Below the pieces are notes generated by a model, which was not told the origin of the DNA, searched no databases, and saw nothing but the letters and a program-made list of their open reading frames with translations. Positions 48,396 through 61,560 of a DNA stretch of 64,000 nt are shown piece after piece. Source of the stretch: Octopus sinensis (Eukaryota). Within the stretch, counting starts at the first letter, position 1. Each line of letters begins with the position of its first letter. Position numbers and translations under genes: made by a program. The DNA lies in contig NC_042998.1 of assembly GCF_006345805.1 (NCBI RefSeq), forward strand, positions 98,270,001-98,334,000, given 5' to 3'.

Positions 48396-50040
48396 ATAAT
48401 AATAATGAAATTATTGTGTATAGTACTCAGGTACACTACAACTAATCGAAAGTGCATATACAGTGCATAGAATTATGTACAAAAGTCAGGAAAATGAACA
48501 GTGTATAAGTCATGATATACATGTGTGCATGTGTATGGAGCAGGGGATATCAGGTGTAGCAAATTTCAGGAAACATGGAGGTTTTAAAGGATGCAATGTC
48601 TCAGCAACTAACAATTGATGCAGGTGGTTTGTGCCATGCTTCAGCAACTCTGAGTGTGAAAAAATGTTTCCGAAAGTCATGGGAGCTCTGCTGTTTTCTG
48701 ACTTTGTAAGCATGCCCACGTGTGTTAGACACATGGAACTCAAAAAAGGTGCTCAGGGTAGTTGTTGGCATGACTGTTAATAATTTTGTGGGTGTTTACT
48801 AAATCAGTTGCCAGACGTCAGAGCTTCAATGTATCTATGCCCAGAGAAGCAAGGCATTCAGAGTATGGTAGATGCCTGGTGGAGGGTATTCACTTGGTTG
48901 CATATTTCTGGACAGTTTCCAGGAGGTCAATGCCCTGAGCAAGATAGGGGTTCCAGACTGGTGGTGCAAATTCCAAGTGTGTACCATAGCCATATACAAC
49001 TTTAAATAGATAGCTGGAGAGTGGGTGACAAAGGTCTTGCTGAGTGATGCCAAGACACCCTTGGCCATGACAATTTTAGAGATGTACTTTGTCCAGTACA
49101 AATCGCTGCTGACAGTAATGTCCAGGTCACATTCACAAGAAGACTTCTTTATTAGTGTTGTGGAGAGAGTATGTGGACACTGGCTTTTCCCTCCCAAAAT
49201 GCATGGTGTTACACTTGTCCACAGCCAGCTTGAGTTGCCAGTCCATGATCCATTGTTGCATTGTGTCCAGGTCTGATTGCAGTAAAGATCTATAATGTTC
49301 AGGATCTGTCCTTTTTATCTCAAGGTACATCTGCATATTTCATCACTAATGTCATCTGCATATTTCAGCACTGTGATGTTCTTTAAGTTGGCATTTATGT
49401 CATAAATGTATGCAACAAACAAAAGGGGACCAAGAACAGATCGATGTGGTACACCAGATGACATCTCATAGGGTGAAGAATGCTGTCCTAGAACATTTTG
49501 GGTGAGAATGAAGGACTCCAACCAGTTAAAAAGATAATCTTTCACACCCATTGCAGAGAGTTTTGCCATAAGTATTTTGTGTGACACAAAACAATTCTTT
49601 AGTCAAGTCAAGGTAAACAACATTCACTCATGAGCCACCATCAGTGACCGGGGTGATATCTTCAAGAAACTCGATAGAGTTAGGGATAAATCTGAATTGC
49701 GATGGCCAGATAAGGCTGTGAGAATTCCAGAAGTTCCAGAATGTTTCTCTGACACTGGATTCCATTAGTTTGGCAATGCAGCTAGTAAGACTGACTGGAC
49801 AATAGTTGACAGGTGATGTGCGTTCACCCATTTTGAACAGAGGAATAACACTCTAGTAGTTTTCCACTGCTCTGGAGTAGCACCATTGTTAAGACAGAAC
49901 TGAAAGAATTGTGAAAGCTGGTGCAGAAGAAAGTGTCCACCACATTTGAGAAGCAGGTACGTAACACAATCAAGACAGGAGATGCATAGTTTCGCTTAAT
50001 CTTAAGGCAACATGGCAGCATTGCAGTTGTAAATTCCATG
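48396..50040 (-). mobile_element. Second, more decayed CR1-like LINE of the same family
   Basis: SPVNYCP.SLTSC, LGPLLFVAYI, KYADD, CDLDITV; 3' UTR homologous to 14340-14750. Confidence 0.88.
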
Positions 50041-50379
50041 TTTGTTCTCTTCCTCATTGATATCATTTTCTCTACTTTCTTATCAATGTCTCATGACAGT
50101 AGCATACCTTTTCTTTTTATTCTTACTGAAAACAAGTGTACCTCTGTTTATTTTGGGCTTCTTTCATTGATGCCGTCATGATTGGTCTGACACAGTCTTA
50201 TCACCCCAGTGAACAGCAGAAAATCTTCTGTTTGCTTCTCTTCTAGCTAAATAAATTTGACACCCACCTCTAATGCATAAACTAAGAATAGATTTCTCCA
50301 TCACATTTATTTTTTCCCACTCTTACCAGCTCTAATGTGTTGCAATAGTTTATATTTTTGGAACTACTCTTTACAATGG

Positions 50380-50660
50380 CATTTCTCTTGTTGTGTTCCT
50401 TCATCATACGTCTATTCTCAGCTTAAACTCATCTACAAATGTATATTCACACATTCAGATTGCCAACAAAGTTTGTTATAAATTTGTCACAGTTCCAGAA
50501 ACATGAATTTCTAGCCATTATTCTTGGACGCCACCATAGTTTCCATGCACACCAATGTATCCATTCCAATGTTTCCATTACAACTGTTAAATATCTTCCA
50601 ACATCAATGATAATCCAGTGATCTACTTTTGAGTTAGTTCTCACCCAGGTCTCTTGTCTT
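50380..50660 (-). mobile_element. Decayed RTE-like fragment
   Basis: Minus-strand remnants (TLEWIHW...GRPRIMARN..W) resemble the RTE C-terminus. Confidence 0.4.
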
Positions 50661-51521
50661 TCTTACCTTTTTCCTATCCTTTGTATGACATTCATTTATA
50701 TTATAATTTTTATCACCATTATCAGTAGTTTAAAAATTGTTTTATTGTTTGACCTTATTTCAACTAACATTGAATTTATCTTTATCAGATGATCCCAATT
50801 TCAGAATTAAGCCTGTATTTGTTCACCCCTTTCCTATTCTAGTTTTGATAAATATTTGACCCAACATTAAGCAATAAGTTAAAAGGAATTTTTTTTTATT
50901 TGCATTTGAACATACTTTGCACAACTAACTACTATAGCCACAAATTTCTGAAGGTATTTATTTTAACACCTCCACATCATTTTATGTCTGCTTTTCATGC
51001 TGGTATATATACATATTTTCTTTTGGATTTTGTTTCTTGCATAACTTATTCATTTTTCTTATCTGTGGTTTGTCCAGCATATTGACCTGTTGAATAGGTA
51101 AAATTTTGATAAAATATCTTGACTTCATAGTTTCAATAGATTGTGAGATATCAAAGCAGACACTCAAGCAGCTAATCCAGCTGATAAACTTGACTCAACA
51201 TCCAATTTATAAATGAGATGATCTGGCATGGTTACACTGGATGTCAATCATTTGGGAAGCTTTATTTGTTAAAATACGTCTGAGAAATTCAGCAATATAG
51301 TTTGAGTCACTGAATTTCTTATGTACATTTTAATAAATAAATTAAGTTTCTTCATATATTCTCTCAGAGTTCACTTTTTAGAGTGGCTACAAGTTTGGTC
51401 GATAATTGTTAAGCATTTTAGTATATTTTTTAAATAATTGTCTTAGATAGAAATAAGAGCAAGGTCAAAGTTTGACTAGTGTGCAAAGACATAAACTACA
51501 AAGGGTTATATGACATTAGGC

Positions 51522-51643
51522 ATAGCTGTGTGGTTAACAAGTTTGCTTCACAACCACTGTGTGGCACCTTGTGCAAGTACCTTCTACTACAGCCATGCGT
51601 TGACCATTACTTTGTGACTGAAATTTGGTAGACAGAAAGCTGT

Positions 51644-51693
<50 letters not shown>

Positions 51694-51740
51694 ATATATA
51701 TATATATATAAATAATCTGTATATATACATTGTATGTATG
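51522..51740 (+). repeat. SINE family A, 5' half with (CT)n(AT)n
   Basis: Head and centre motifs. Confidence 0.7.
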
Positions 51741-52836
51741 TAACACTCTGTCCCACATAAAAGAAAAAGTTCAGCAACTTGGCAGTTATACATGCAAACA
51801 GATGGAATAAATACCTTGTAGACAAGTAAGGACAGCCAACTGTGGAATACTGCTTCAGGTCTTATTCAAGTCATGCCAACATGGAAAAAGCAGATGTAAA
51901 GTTGATGGTGATGATGATTCAAAATCAGACATTTTTCTCATTCTGCGTGATTGTTCATATATGCAATAATTAGTATGTGGAGTAGCAAAGTTGGAGTATT
52001 TAAAGTATGATGCTAGACCCGTCTCACTATACAAAGAGTCTCTGAATGGTGTAGCACAGGGTTATCTGTTATTATGCAACTCATTTATGTGTTAACTTAG
52101 TCTATAACTAAATAAACATTAGGCTTTGCTAGTTTGTTCCATATTTTCTCTTTGTTTAGCTTTCTCTTTTATGATTCAGTATTTTTTGTTTATTCTGTTT
52201 CCTTTTACTTCTGTGAGACATTCTAGGTTCTTTTGAATCGTGTGTATATGGGTGTATTTTTATTTGTTTGTTGTAAGTTTCATTGTATTGGCTCTCAGCT
52301 AACCAAGCTTAACATCTGTTTCAATTTCTAGTTAAAACAATATTGCTTATGTAACAGTGGCACAAATGTAACGGTTTTTAATTACCTTTCTCTTATAAAG
52401 CTGGAGTATCAGCCATGCCTATCTGAAAAATTACAGTCATATTCTAAATAGCTAGCTCATTATTTTAATGTAGGTATAGACTCTTAATAATTCTTATTGG
52501 GAGATAAGTTTCGGGTTAAACTGTCTTTGTTTTATTTTTGTCATTCATATTCATTTTTTAAGCGTTGATTCGTAACCCTAAATCCCGTTTCTCTATTATT
52601 TGTTTCGCCATCTTGTATGCATGGCTTCCTGTCTGTCATGCATTTTAAATTCCTCCTTTAATTTCAGTGTCATCCCGTTGTTATTCCATCCCCAGAATTC
52701 ACTACAATATTCTCCCTCTCTCCTATTTATATTATGTTTTAATCGAACCCCGAAGTTTCTAGATGTTCAGTAATTTCTGTCGCAGAAAATTCCCTACGTA
52801 TTAACTTAAAACCTGTTGTTCCTTGGAGGTGACCCC

Positions 52837-53148
52837 GCCCTCCCACCCCTCTACCAGAACCGGCCCTCCCACCCCTCTACCAGAACCGGCCCTCCCACCC
52901 CTCTACCAGAACCGGCCCTCCCACCCCTCTACCAGAACCGGCCCTCCCACCCCTCTACCAGAACCGGCCCTCCCACCCCTCTACCAGAACCGGCCCTCCC
53001 ACCCCTCTACCAGAACCGGCCCTCCCACCCCTCTACCAGAACCGGACCTCCCACCCCTCTACCAGAACCGGCCCTCCCACCCCTCTACCAGAACCGGCCC
53101 TCCCACCCCTCTACCAGAACCGGCCCTCCCACCCCTCTACCAAACCGG
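52837..53148. repeat. 26-bp C-rich minisatellite, 12 near-perfect copies
   Basis: Unit GCCCTCCCACCCCTCTACCAGAACCG, period 26 (52837, 52863 ... 53123). One substitution near 53045 and a 1-nt deletion in the last unit. Confidence 0.97.
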
Positions 53149-53262
53149 AAGTTTCTGTTTTCTATCTTTCTTGACCCCCCCTGCACCCCTATGTAGGGTT
53201 TATTGTGATCATATAGCGCAAAAACTTTGAAATTTATGCAGGTTGTAGTCTAGAGTCTCAGT

Positions 53263-56200
53263 ATGATATCTGGCAAATGCAAGCTTTCTTTTCAGGTACA
53301 GAACACTGCGGCCCCTCATCCCAGGGTCTCAGAGGCCCACACCTCCCACACCCTCAGGGTAGGCACCCTCAACGTTGGCACATTGAAAGGTAGGTCTGGC
53401 GAGATAGTCGAGATGCTTGAACGGAGACGTGTTGATGTATGTTGTATGCAAGAAATAAGGTGGAGAGGAGGATCTGCTAGGGTCCTCACAGGCAAGGGAC
53501 ACAGGTACAAGATTTTCTGGGCAGGGAACACTGACGGGGTTGGTGGCGTGGGTATAATTATCGCTGAGAAATGGATAGATAGAGTAATTGAGGTAATCAG
53601 AGTAAGTGACAGAATACTTAAGATTAGAATAGTGCTTCATAATAGATTAGCAACCATTATATGGCCTATGCCCCTCAGCCAGGGCTACCCGATGGACAGA
53701 AAGACAGTTTCTATGACACCCTACTGCAGACCACCTCATCGACGAACGACAGGGACCTTCTCTTTGTGGCTGGTGATTTCAATGGGCATGTTGGACGACA
53801 TGCTGGGGGCTTCCATGGCGTACATGGAGGCTACGGTTATGGTTCCCGCAACGAGGAGGGAACCAGGCTGCTGGAGTTCTGCGATGCGAATAGTCTTATG
53901 GTCTGCAACACTAACTTCAGGAAACCAACAAGCCACCTGGTCACCTACCGATCGGGCCGGCATACTAGCCAAATCGACTACATCCTTGCCAGAAAAAGGG
54001 AAAGATGGCTGCTTAAAAATGCCAAACCTTCCCAGGCGAAGAATGCACCCCACAACATAGACTGGTAGTTAGTGACTTTAGGATCAGGACTAAGAGGGCG
54101 ACTAGAAGACGACCAACATGGAGAAGAAGGGTCTGGAAGCTTAAAGCCCCTGCGAATGGACAGAGATTTAGAGATATGTTACTTGAAGCCTTTGACGAAG
54201 TGGAAGGGGGTATAGCTACACATGGGTTAGAAGACAACTGGACGTTTCTGAGGGACAACCTGCTGAAAGCCGCTGACCAGATCTGTGGCTGGTGCAAAGT
54301 CCCCTTAAGACCCAAAATAACGTGGTGGTGGAACAATATTGTTGACAGGGCTATTAGACAAAAGAAACAGGCTTGGAAGGCCTGGAAGAACGGTGGTAGC
54401 AGGGAAGGGTATCAGACTGCCAGAAGGGAAGCTAGGAGACAGGTCTATCTAGCCAGAGGGGAAGCAGATAAGAGAAAATTTGCCAATGTCCTGCGCCGTG
54501 AGGATGAAAGACTTGAGGTATTTCGTGTTGCAAGACAGTGTGTGAGAGAGAATCGTGATGTGGTAGGAGAGAAATGTGTTCGCATGGAGGATGGTTCACT
54601 TGCGCTAAATGAGGATGCAAAGAGAGAAGCTTGGAGACGCCACTATGAAAGGTTACTGAATGAGGAAAATGAATGGGATAAAGAGAGTCTGCCGAATGTT
54701 GACCCTACAGAGGGACCAGCTATCCGAGTTGATAGTTCCGTGGTAGCTAAGGCAATTAGAAGCATGAAGACAGGGAAAGCCCCAGGCCCATCAGGAATTA
54801 CTGCAGAGATGCTCAAAATATCTGGCAGTGTCGGCTATAACCTAGTCACCCGTATAGTCAACCAGGTGATACACGAAGGAGTCATACCCAATGACTGGTG
54901 CAGCAGCATACTAGTCAACTGCTACAAAGGTAAAGGTGATGCCCTAGATACAAATAATTACAGAGGTATCAAGCTGTTGGATCAAGTAATGAAGGTTACG
55001 GAGAGGGTCATAGCCCAACTAATTAGAGAGAGAGTTAGTTTAGATGAGATGCAGTTTGGGTTCGTGCCAGGAAAAAGTACCACTGATGCTATATTCCTGG
55101 TAAGGCAGCTGCAGGAGAAATACCTAGCCAAAGATAAGCCCCTACCTGGCTTTCGTTGACATGGAGAAAGCTTTTGATAGGGTCCCCCGATCCCTTATCT
55201 GGTGGTCAATGAGGAAACTAGGGATAGATGAATGGCTGGTGAGGACTGTGCAAGCCATGTACAGAGATGCCGTAAGTAAGGTTAGGGTTGGCAACATGTA
55301 CACAGAAGAATTCAAAGTAGAGGTTGGGGTCCACCAGGGTTCAGTACTCAGCCCCCTCCTATTTATCATAGTACTCCAGGCAATTACGGAGGAATTCAAG
55401 ACAGGCTGTCCCTGGGAGCTCCTCTACGCTGACGACCTTGCTCTTATTGCTGAGTCACTATCAGAACTGGAGGAGAAGTTCCAGGTGTGGAAGGAGGGTT
55501 TAGAATCAAGGGGCCTTAGAGTCAACCTAGCTAAAACCAAAGTACTAATAAGTAGAAAGGTAGACAATCCACAAATATCTTCAGGAAGATGGCCCTGCTC
55601 GATCTGTAGAAAAGTGTAGGTAGAAACTCTATAAGATGTACCCAGTGTAAGCTATGGACACATAAGAGGTGCAGCAATGTCAAAGGTAGGCTAACTGGGA
55701 AGATAGTTTTTGTATGTGGCAGATGCTCGGGAGCATTAACCTCCGAAAATCTGCAGAAAACAACTTCCGTCACTTTCCAGGGGGAAAAACTAGAAGTAGT
55801 TGATAGCTTCCGTTATCTAGGTGACCAAGTCAGTAGTGGGGTGGGTGCGCTGAAAGTGTAACTGCTAGAATAAGAATAGCCTGGGCAAAGTTTAGGGAGC
55901 TCTTACCTCTGCTGGTGACTAAAGGCCTCTCGCTCAGAGTAAAAGGCAGACTGTATGATGCGTGTGTACGAACAGCCATGCTACATGGCAGCGAAACATG
56001 GGCCATGACTGCTGAGGACATGCGTAAGCTCGTGAGGAATGAAGCCAGTATGCTCCGATGGATGTGTAATGTCAGTGTACATACTCGACAGAGCGTTAGC
56101 ACCTTGAGAGAAATGTTGTACCTAAGAAGCATCAGTTGTGGTGTGCAAGAGAGACGATTGCGCTGGTATGGTCATGTGGCGAGAATGGATGAAGATAGGT

Positions 56201-56379
56201 GTGTGAGAAAGTGCCAATCCCTAGCAGTTGAGGGAACCCGTGGAAGAGGTAGACCCAGGAAAACCTGGGACGAGGTGGTGAAGCACGACCTTCGAACTTT
56301 AGGCCTCACTGAGGAAATGACCAGAGACCGAGACCTTTGGAAATATTCTGTACGTGAGAAGACCAGGCAGGACAAGTGA
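53263..56379 (+). pseudogene. RTE polyprotein ORF (~1040 aa if repaired) broken by five small deletions
   Basis: ORF track pieces 53263-54060, 53661-54068, 54176-55159, 55161-55619 and 55915-56379 join into one frame if 1, 1, 2, 1 and 1 nt are restored at ~53662, ~54025, ~55142, ~55614 and ~55840. I saw no in-frame stops in the repaired frame. Confidence 0.85.
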
Positions 56380-57198
56380 GCCCAGCCCACTTATGAATGC
56401 CTTTCCTCCCTTGGACACAAAGACCGGTTGAGGCAAGCGAAGTCGATATAGAACCTCATCCGACGACAGACACCCATCCCAACCCCCCATGCTTGCGAAG
56501 ACATGTTGGGGCAAGCGAAATCGAAATCGAAACCGAATTGAACCAGCCAGGATCCCTGGCCTGGTGGTACGTAAAAAGCACTATCCGACTCGGGGCCGTG
56601 GCACGTAAAATACTCCAATGCGACCGTACGACAGGCACCCATGCCAACCCCCTTTGCTTGTGAAGACATGTTGGGGCAAGCGAAATCAAATCGAATTGAA
56701 CCAGCCAGGATCCCTGGTCTGGTGGTACGTAAAAAGCACTATCCGACTCGTGGCCGTGGCACGTAAAATACTCTCCAATGCGACCGTACGACAGGCACCC
56801 TTGCCAACCCCCTTTGCTTGTGAAGACATGTTGGGGCAAGCGAAATCGAAATCGAATTGAACCAGCCAGGATCCCTGGTCTGGTGGTACGTAAAAAGCAC
56901 TATCCGACTCGTGGCCGATGCCAGCACCGCCTCGACTGGCTTCCGTGCCGGTGGCACATAAAATACACCAATCTGACCGTGGCCGTTGCCAGCCCCGCCT
57001 GGCACCTGTGCAGGTGGCACGTAAAAAGCACCCACTACACTCACGGAGTGGTTGGCGTTAGGAAGGGCATCCAGCTGTAGAAACATTGCCAAATTAGACT
57101 GGAGCCTGGTGCAGCCTTCTGGCTTCCCAGAACCCCGGTCGAACCGTCCAACCCATGCTAGCATGGAGAACGGACGTTAAACGACGATGATGATGATG
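53263..57198 (+). mobile_element. Full-length, very young RTE-clade LINE (APE endonuclease + RT + PHD insert, long repetitive 3' UTR, (GAT)n tail)
   Basis: APE motifs (GTLNVGTLKGR, CCMQEIRW, AYAPQ, GDFNGHVG, IDYIL) and RT motifs (YRGIKLL, QFGFVPGKST, KAFDRV, QGSVLSPLLF, YADD, YLG), RTE C-terminus RGRPRKTW, stop at 56379, then an ~820-bp 3' UTR ending in GACGATGATGATGAT. The true 5' end may lie upstream (52.5-53.2 kb). Confidence 0.93.
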
Positions 57199-57729
57199 AA
57201 ATTAAGGTTGATATAGATGGGAGTTAATTTTGTCTTTTCCTTGTCAAATATCTATTATTGATAGAGAAAGAGAAAAATGCAAATAATGTTTGTTTGGAAC
57301 TCCTCTGCTTTGGTTAGACAGTTTATTCGAAACAAATTTTCTATGCTTGGATGCCCTTCCTGTTGCCAGCCCTTATCTGTTTCCAAGCAAGGTACTCGCA
57401 GAATATTGGAAATGAATGACCTGGCTTATATGACAGTGATACTCATTTACAACTATCATGTGATGTCAAGACGAGGAGACACAAACACATATGCATGCAC
57501 ACATTCGTTTTTTCCACACACATACACATGATGGGCTTCTTTCAGTTTCCTTCCACCAAATCCATTTGAAAGATTATAGTTGACCCAGGGATTTAGTACA
57601 AGGCACTTGCGTAGGGTGCTAATTTTCCTACATGGCTGTGATAAATTTTACATAGTGTGGTTGCCCTTGCATCCAGGCTCATCCCTTGCAACCCTCTCCA
57701 GCTGAGCATCCCTAATCTTGCAGGCTTAT

Positions 57730-57917
57730 AAGTGCTGGTGCCACACAGCACTTAGTACACTCTGTAAAGTGGTTGGCTTTAGGAAGGGCATTCAGCCGTA
57801 GAAACCATGTCAAAACAGACATAAAGCCTGAACAGCCCTTCAGCTGGTCAGCTTCTGTCAAACTGTCCTGCCCATGCCAGCATGGAATGCAGACATTAAA
57901 TGATGATGATGATGATG
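57730..57917 (+). repeat. RTE 3'-tail element
   Basis: Terminal module and (GAT)n. Confidence 0.8.
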
Positions 57918-58149
57918 CAACTAGCTTTTGGATTGAAAAAAGAATATTATAACTGCCGGCAACCTTTTGCAAGCAACTTCTGAATTTAACAATAGTCAAG
58001 CACTCTACATTCTAGACTTTGTACTTCTTTATGTGACAAAATTCCCAACTACAAAGACGTAACAGGCATACACTGAAAATACATTTACTTAGATTTTCAA
58101 ATTGTAAAATGTTTCTTAATAAAACTGTTATTTATCTCTGTTACTCTGC

Positions 58150-58590
58150 TGGTACTGGTGCCACATAAAAGGCATCCATGCTAGTGCTATGTGAAGAGCA
58201 CCATGTAAAATGTACTGATGCCAGCACCATGTAGAGAGCACCCATGCTGGCCCTACATAAAAGTTTACCCATGTTGGGCCCACATAAAAGTTTACCCGTG
58301 CAGGTTCCACATAAAAGTTTACTGGTGCTGGCACCATGTAAAGAGCACCTACACCGGTTTCACGTAAAAGGCACCCGCACCGATGTCGTGTAAAAGGCAC
58401 CTGTGCTGGCACCATGTAAAATGCATCCACTACACTCTGTAAAATTGTTGGCATCAGGAAGGGCATCCAACCTTAGAAACAGTGCCAAAACAGATGACTG
58501 GAGCCTGGTCCAGTTTGCTAACTCCTGTCAAACCATCCAGCCCGTGCCAACATGGAAAATGGGTGTTAAATGATGATAATAATGATGGTT
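58150..58590 (+). repeat. RTE 3'-tail element with ~24-bp degenerate tandem array
   Basis: About eleven motif-derived units, then terminal module and tail. Confidence 0.8.
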
Positions 58591-60933
58591 CTTTCATGAG
58601 AAAAATATTCATTGGTTATTAACTCCAGATCTCACCAAAAAAATGGAAATACACATTGAAAAAAGTGAATATGCTCACATACATAGATATAAATATTTTT
58701 ATGTGAGTTTACAAGGAACTTTTACTTAGTTACTTGACCTGTTAAAAATGGCTGCCAAATTTTTCTCTAATCAAACTCCACTGTCTTAAGGAAGGACATT
58801 TTAAATTAAAAAAAAAAGAGATGGTTATATCAAAATTGGGGAGACAACATTTTATGTTATGGTGGTGTATACTTTTTAAAATTTGCATATATTTCTGCTA
58901 GATTCCTTTAAGTGTTCAACTGTAGATGTTATATACAAATATTCAACGTCTATGTGTACACTGCATTAGTGAAAAGTTAAATGTATGAATTTTAATGAGT
59001 TAATTGTGCAGATGTTGGTGTGTGGCTAGCTACAACTTGATTCTGACTGTAGTACTTAAACTTCAGTTGCTATGACATGTGAAATGTATAAATGTGGTAA
59101 CAGTATCTGTTAAACTGAGATTATTATTTTAAAGCAATTTTAAGAATAACAGGACATTTTCTCATAAAGAGACTCCTGAGATTAGTATCAAATTCATAAT
59201 AACATTTGTACTAGCTGGACTTTGTTTTGTCATTAGACAAAACTTAAAGTTCTTGCCTACTCAAATTTTATAGTAAATGTATTTATATTAATTGTCTGTT
59301 TTTACTCTGAAGAGAATAAATTTAAACAACTAAATTTTGGGTAAAGACAAAGGAAGATCAAGTAGTTGGTGCTATCATACTGGTTGTTGTTTAGCCCCAG
59401 GCTAGCTCTGACTGAGCAGACCTATGACAAAAGCTATTTCAGCTTTGGACAGTGCTTATTTAGGACTGCATTATCTTTTTTTTCTTTTAAACTATGGTGT
59501 GATTCAAAGAAGATTTTGTTGCGGTCTTTAGCATATTGAATGATTATTTAGAGTATCCCTTGTTAGCTCATTTATCAAGCTGGTTAATTGGATAAATAAG
59601 TATTCTTTGTGTGGGATGTTGATATAACATGTGAAGTAAAATATGTTAACTCTATAGCTTTCTGTAGTAGCAAAAGACTGATGCAATCAATTCCAAAAAA
59701 ATTCTTTAAATAGCTCTAAACATTAATGGCAATGCTCTTTTATTTTAAAATATATGCACCACTATACTAGTGTACTGGTTGAGATAGGAAAATATGTCAG
59801 CAGTATTAAAAAAAGAAAAAGGCAAACAAATGTTCACTCCTATCTACAGTCTTCAGGCAAAGATTAAAAATAACTGGTTGTATTTTTTTAAAAATTAAAT
59901 AGTCTTACTTCCTGACATCTAAATGATATGTGAACAAATAACTACACTATAACTTTGTTCATGCCATTGCTATGATAATCTAAGATCTCAATGCAGTTGA
60001 AACAGCTTTGCATAAAACATTTAGTCTAATTTAGTGATTCACAAACATTCTAGCTGCAACTAAATAAGCATGCATTCTGAAATGTCTATGAGAAAAGAGA
60101 ACCAGCATCACAATGATATATTAGTATTCATACTACTAGTGGTTTTTATCAAACTATCTTTTTATATAAAAATACATTAGCAAATAAAAAAATATGTAAT
60201 AGACAACCCAGTGCTAGTCATAAATTTCCTGTGTATTGGGAAGTTATTGTCTAATGAAGGACTTAACTAAATACTGGTTCAGGCTGCTTGTAAATTTGTT
60301 TCTAACATTTCCTACACTCACCTATGAATTCTCATTGGTGTTGTTTATCTTTGTAAAGAAAGGACTGAGTTGTCCTAGATACACCTACATGAACCAGAAG
60401 ACTTCAACAGTGACCTAATTAGTAATGACTGCAAATCTAGTAGTATTCAATTTAGACTATTTGCCAAGGGTGTACTGATGGAATATCTTGGGCAAAAACA
60501 ACAAACTGTATAATTATGTTGTAGAAGAAACTAAAATCCACAACTATTTCCGAGATTTCTCTTTCTTTCACTTCATGATTTTAATGACTGTATATACTAA
60601 CATTGATAATTTCTCACTGGGAATGGTGTTCTCTTTCTCAGCAATACCTCTTTTCATGCCTTTTTTTCTTTTTCTTTTCACCCTTATTGAAAACTAGTGT
60701 ATTTTTAGTCATTGTGGACTCCTCTTCCCTTGGTGTCGTCTTGTATGATTTGGCTCACTAATAAGTATTAGAAAATTTGTCTGCTTCTCTTCTGGCTTAA
60801 GTAAATTTTATACTCTAGACTAAGTATAAATACCTTCATATCTTTGTTTTCCTACTCCTACCAGCTGTAGTAGATTATCTATTTTCTCTCCATATTTCAC
60901 CAATAAAATAAGATTGTAAGTAGATATTGTAAA

Positions 60934-61560
60934 TCATCATCATCATCATCGTTTAACATCCATTTTCCATGCTGGCATAGTTGGACAGTTTGACTGAGGT
61001 CTGGAGAGCCAATGGCTGCACCGGGCTCTAATCTGATCTGGCAATGTTTCTACAGCTGGATTCCCTTCCTAATGCCAACCACTTTGAGAGTGTAGTGGGT
61101 GCTTTTTATGTGCCACCGGCACAAGGGCCAGTCAGGCGAGCCTGGCATCAATCACATTCGGATAGTGTTTTCTACATGCCACTGGCACGGGAGCTAGTCA
61201 GGGGACACTGGCATTGACCGTGTTTGGATGATGCATTTTATGTTCCACTGGAACAGGAGCCGGTCAGGGGGCACTGGCCATAGCAATGATTTTGGTTTTA
61301 CTTCACTCAACAGGTCGTCTCAAGCATATCATATCGCCCGACACATCAAGGGTCCTCTTAAATGGGCCTTATATGCTACACTGGCATCGGCCATGGCTGT
61401 GATCTCACTTCATTTGCTGGGTCTTCTCAATCACAGCATATCTCCAAAGGTCTCGGTCTCCTGTCATTTCCCTTGTGAGGCTTAATGTTTGAAGATCATG
61501 TTTCACCACTTCATCCCATGTCTTCCTGGATCTACCTCTTCCACAGGTTCCTTCTACAGT
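60934..61560 (-). mobile_element. RTE 3' end (ORF tail + motif array + GAT tail)
   Basis: (CAT)n at 60934, conserved tail module, and the reverse complement of GRPRKTWDEVVKHDL coding near 61490-61545. Confidence 0.85.

Noticed and set aside
52816-53230. Proline-rich ORFs of 126 and 135 aa
   Set aside because: Translations of the 26-bp minisatellite, which has no stop in any plus frame.
53150-53262. HDV-like ribozyme at the RTE 5' end (known in some RTEs)
   Set aside because: Only short local pairings (CCTGCA/TGCAGG, CCCT/AGGG) found; I could not build the nested double pseudoknot by eye.
57186-57215. Target-site duplications for the two young RTE copies
   Set aside because: No convincing direct repeat found at either candidate 5' boundary.
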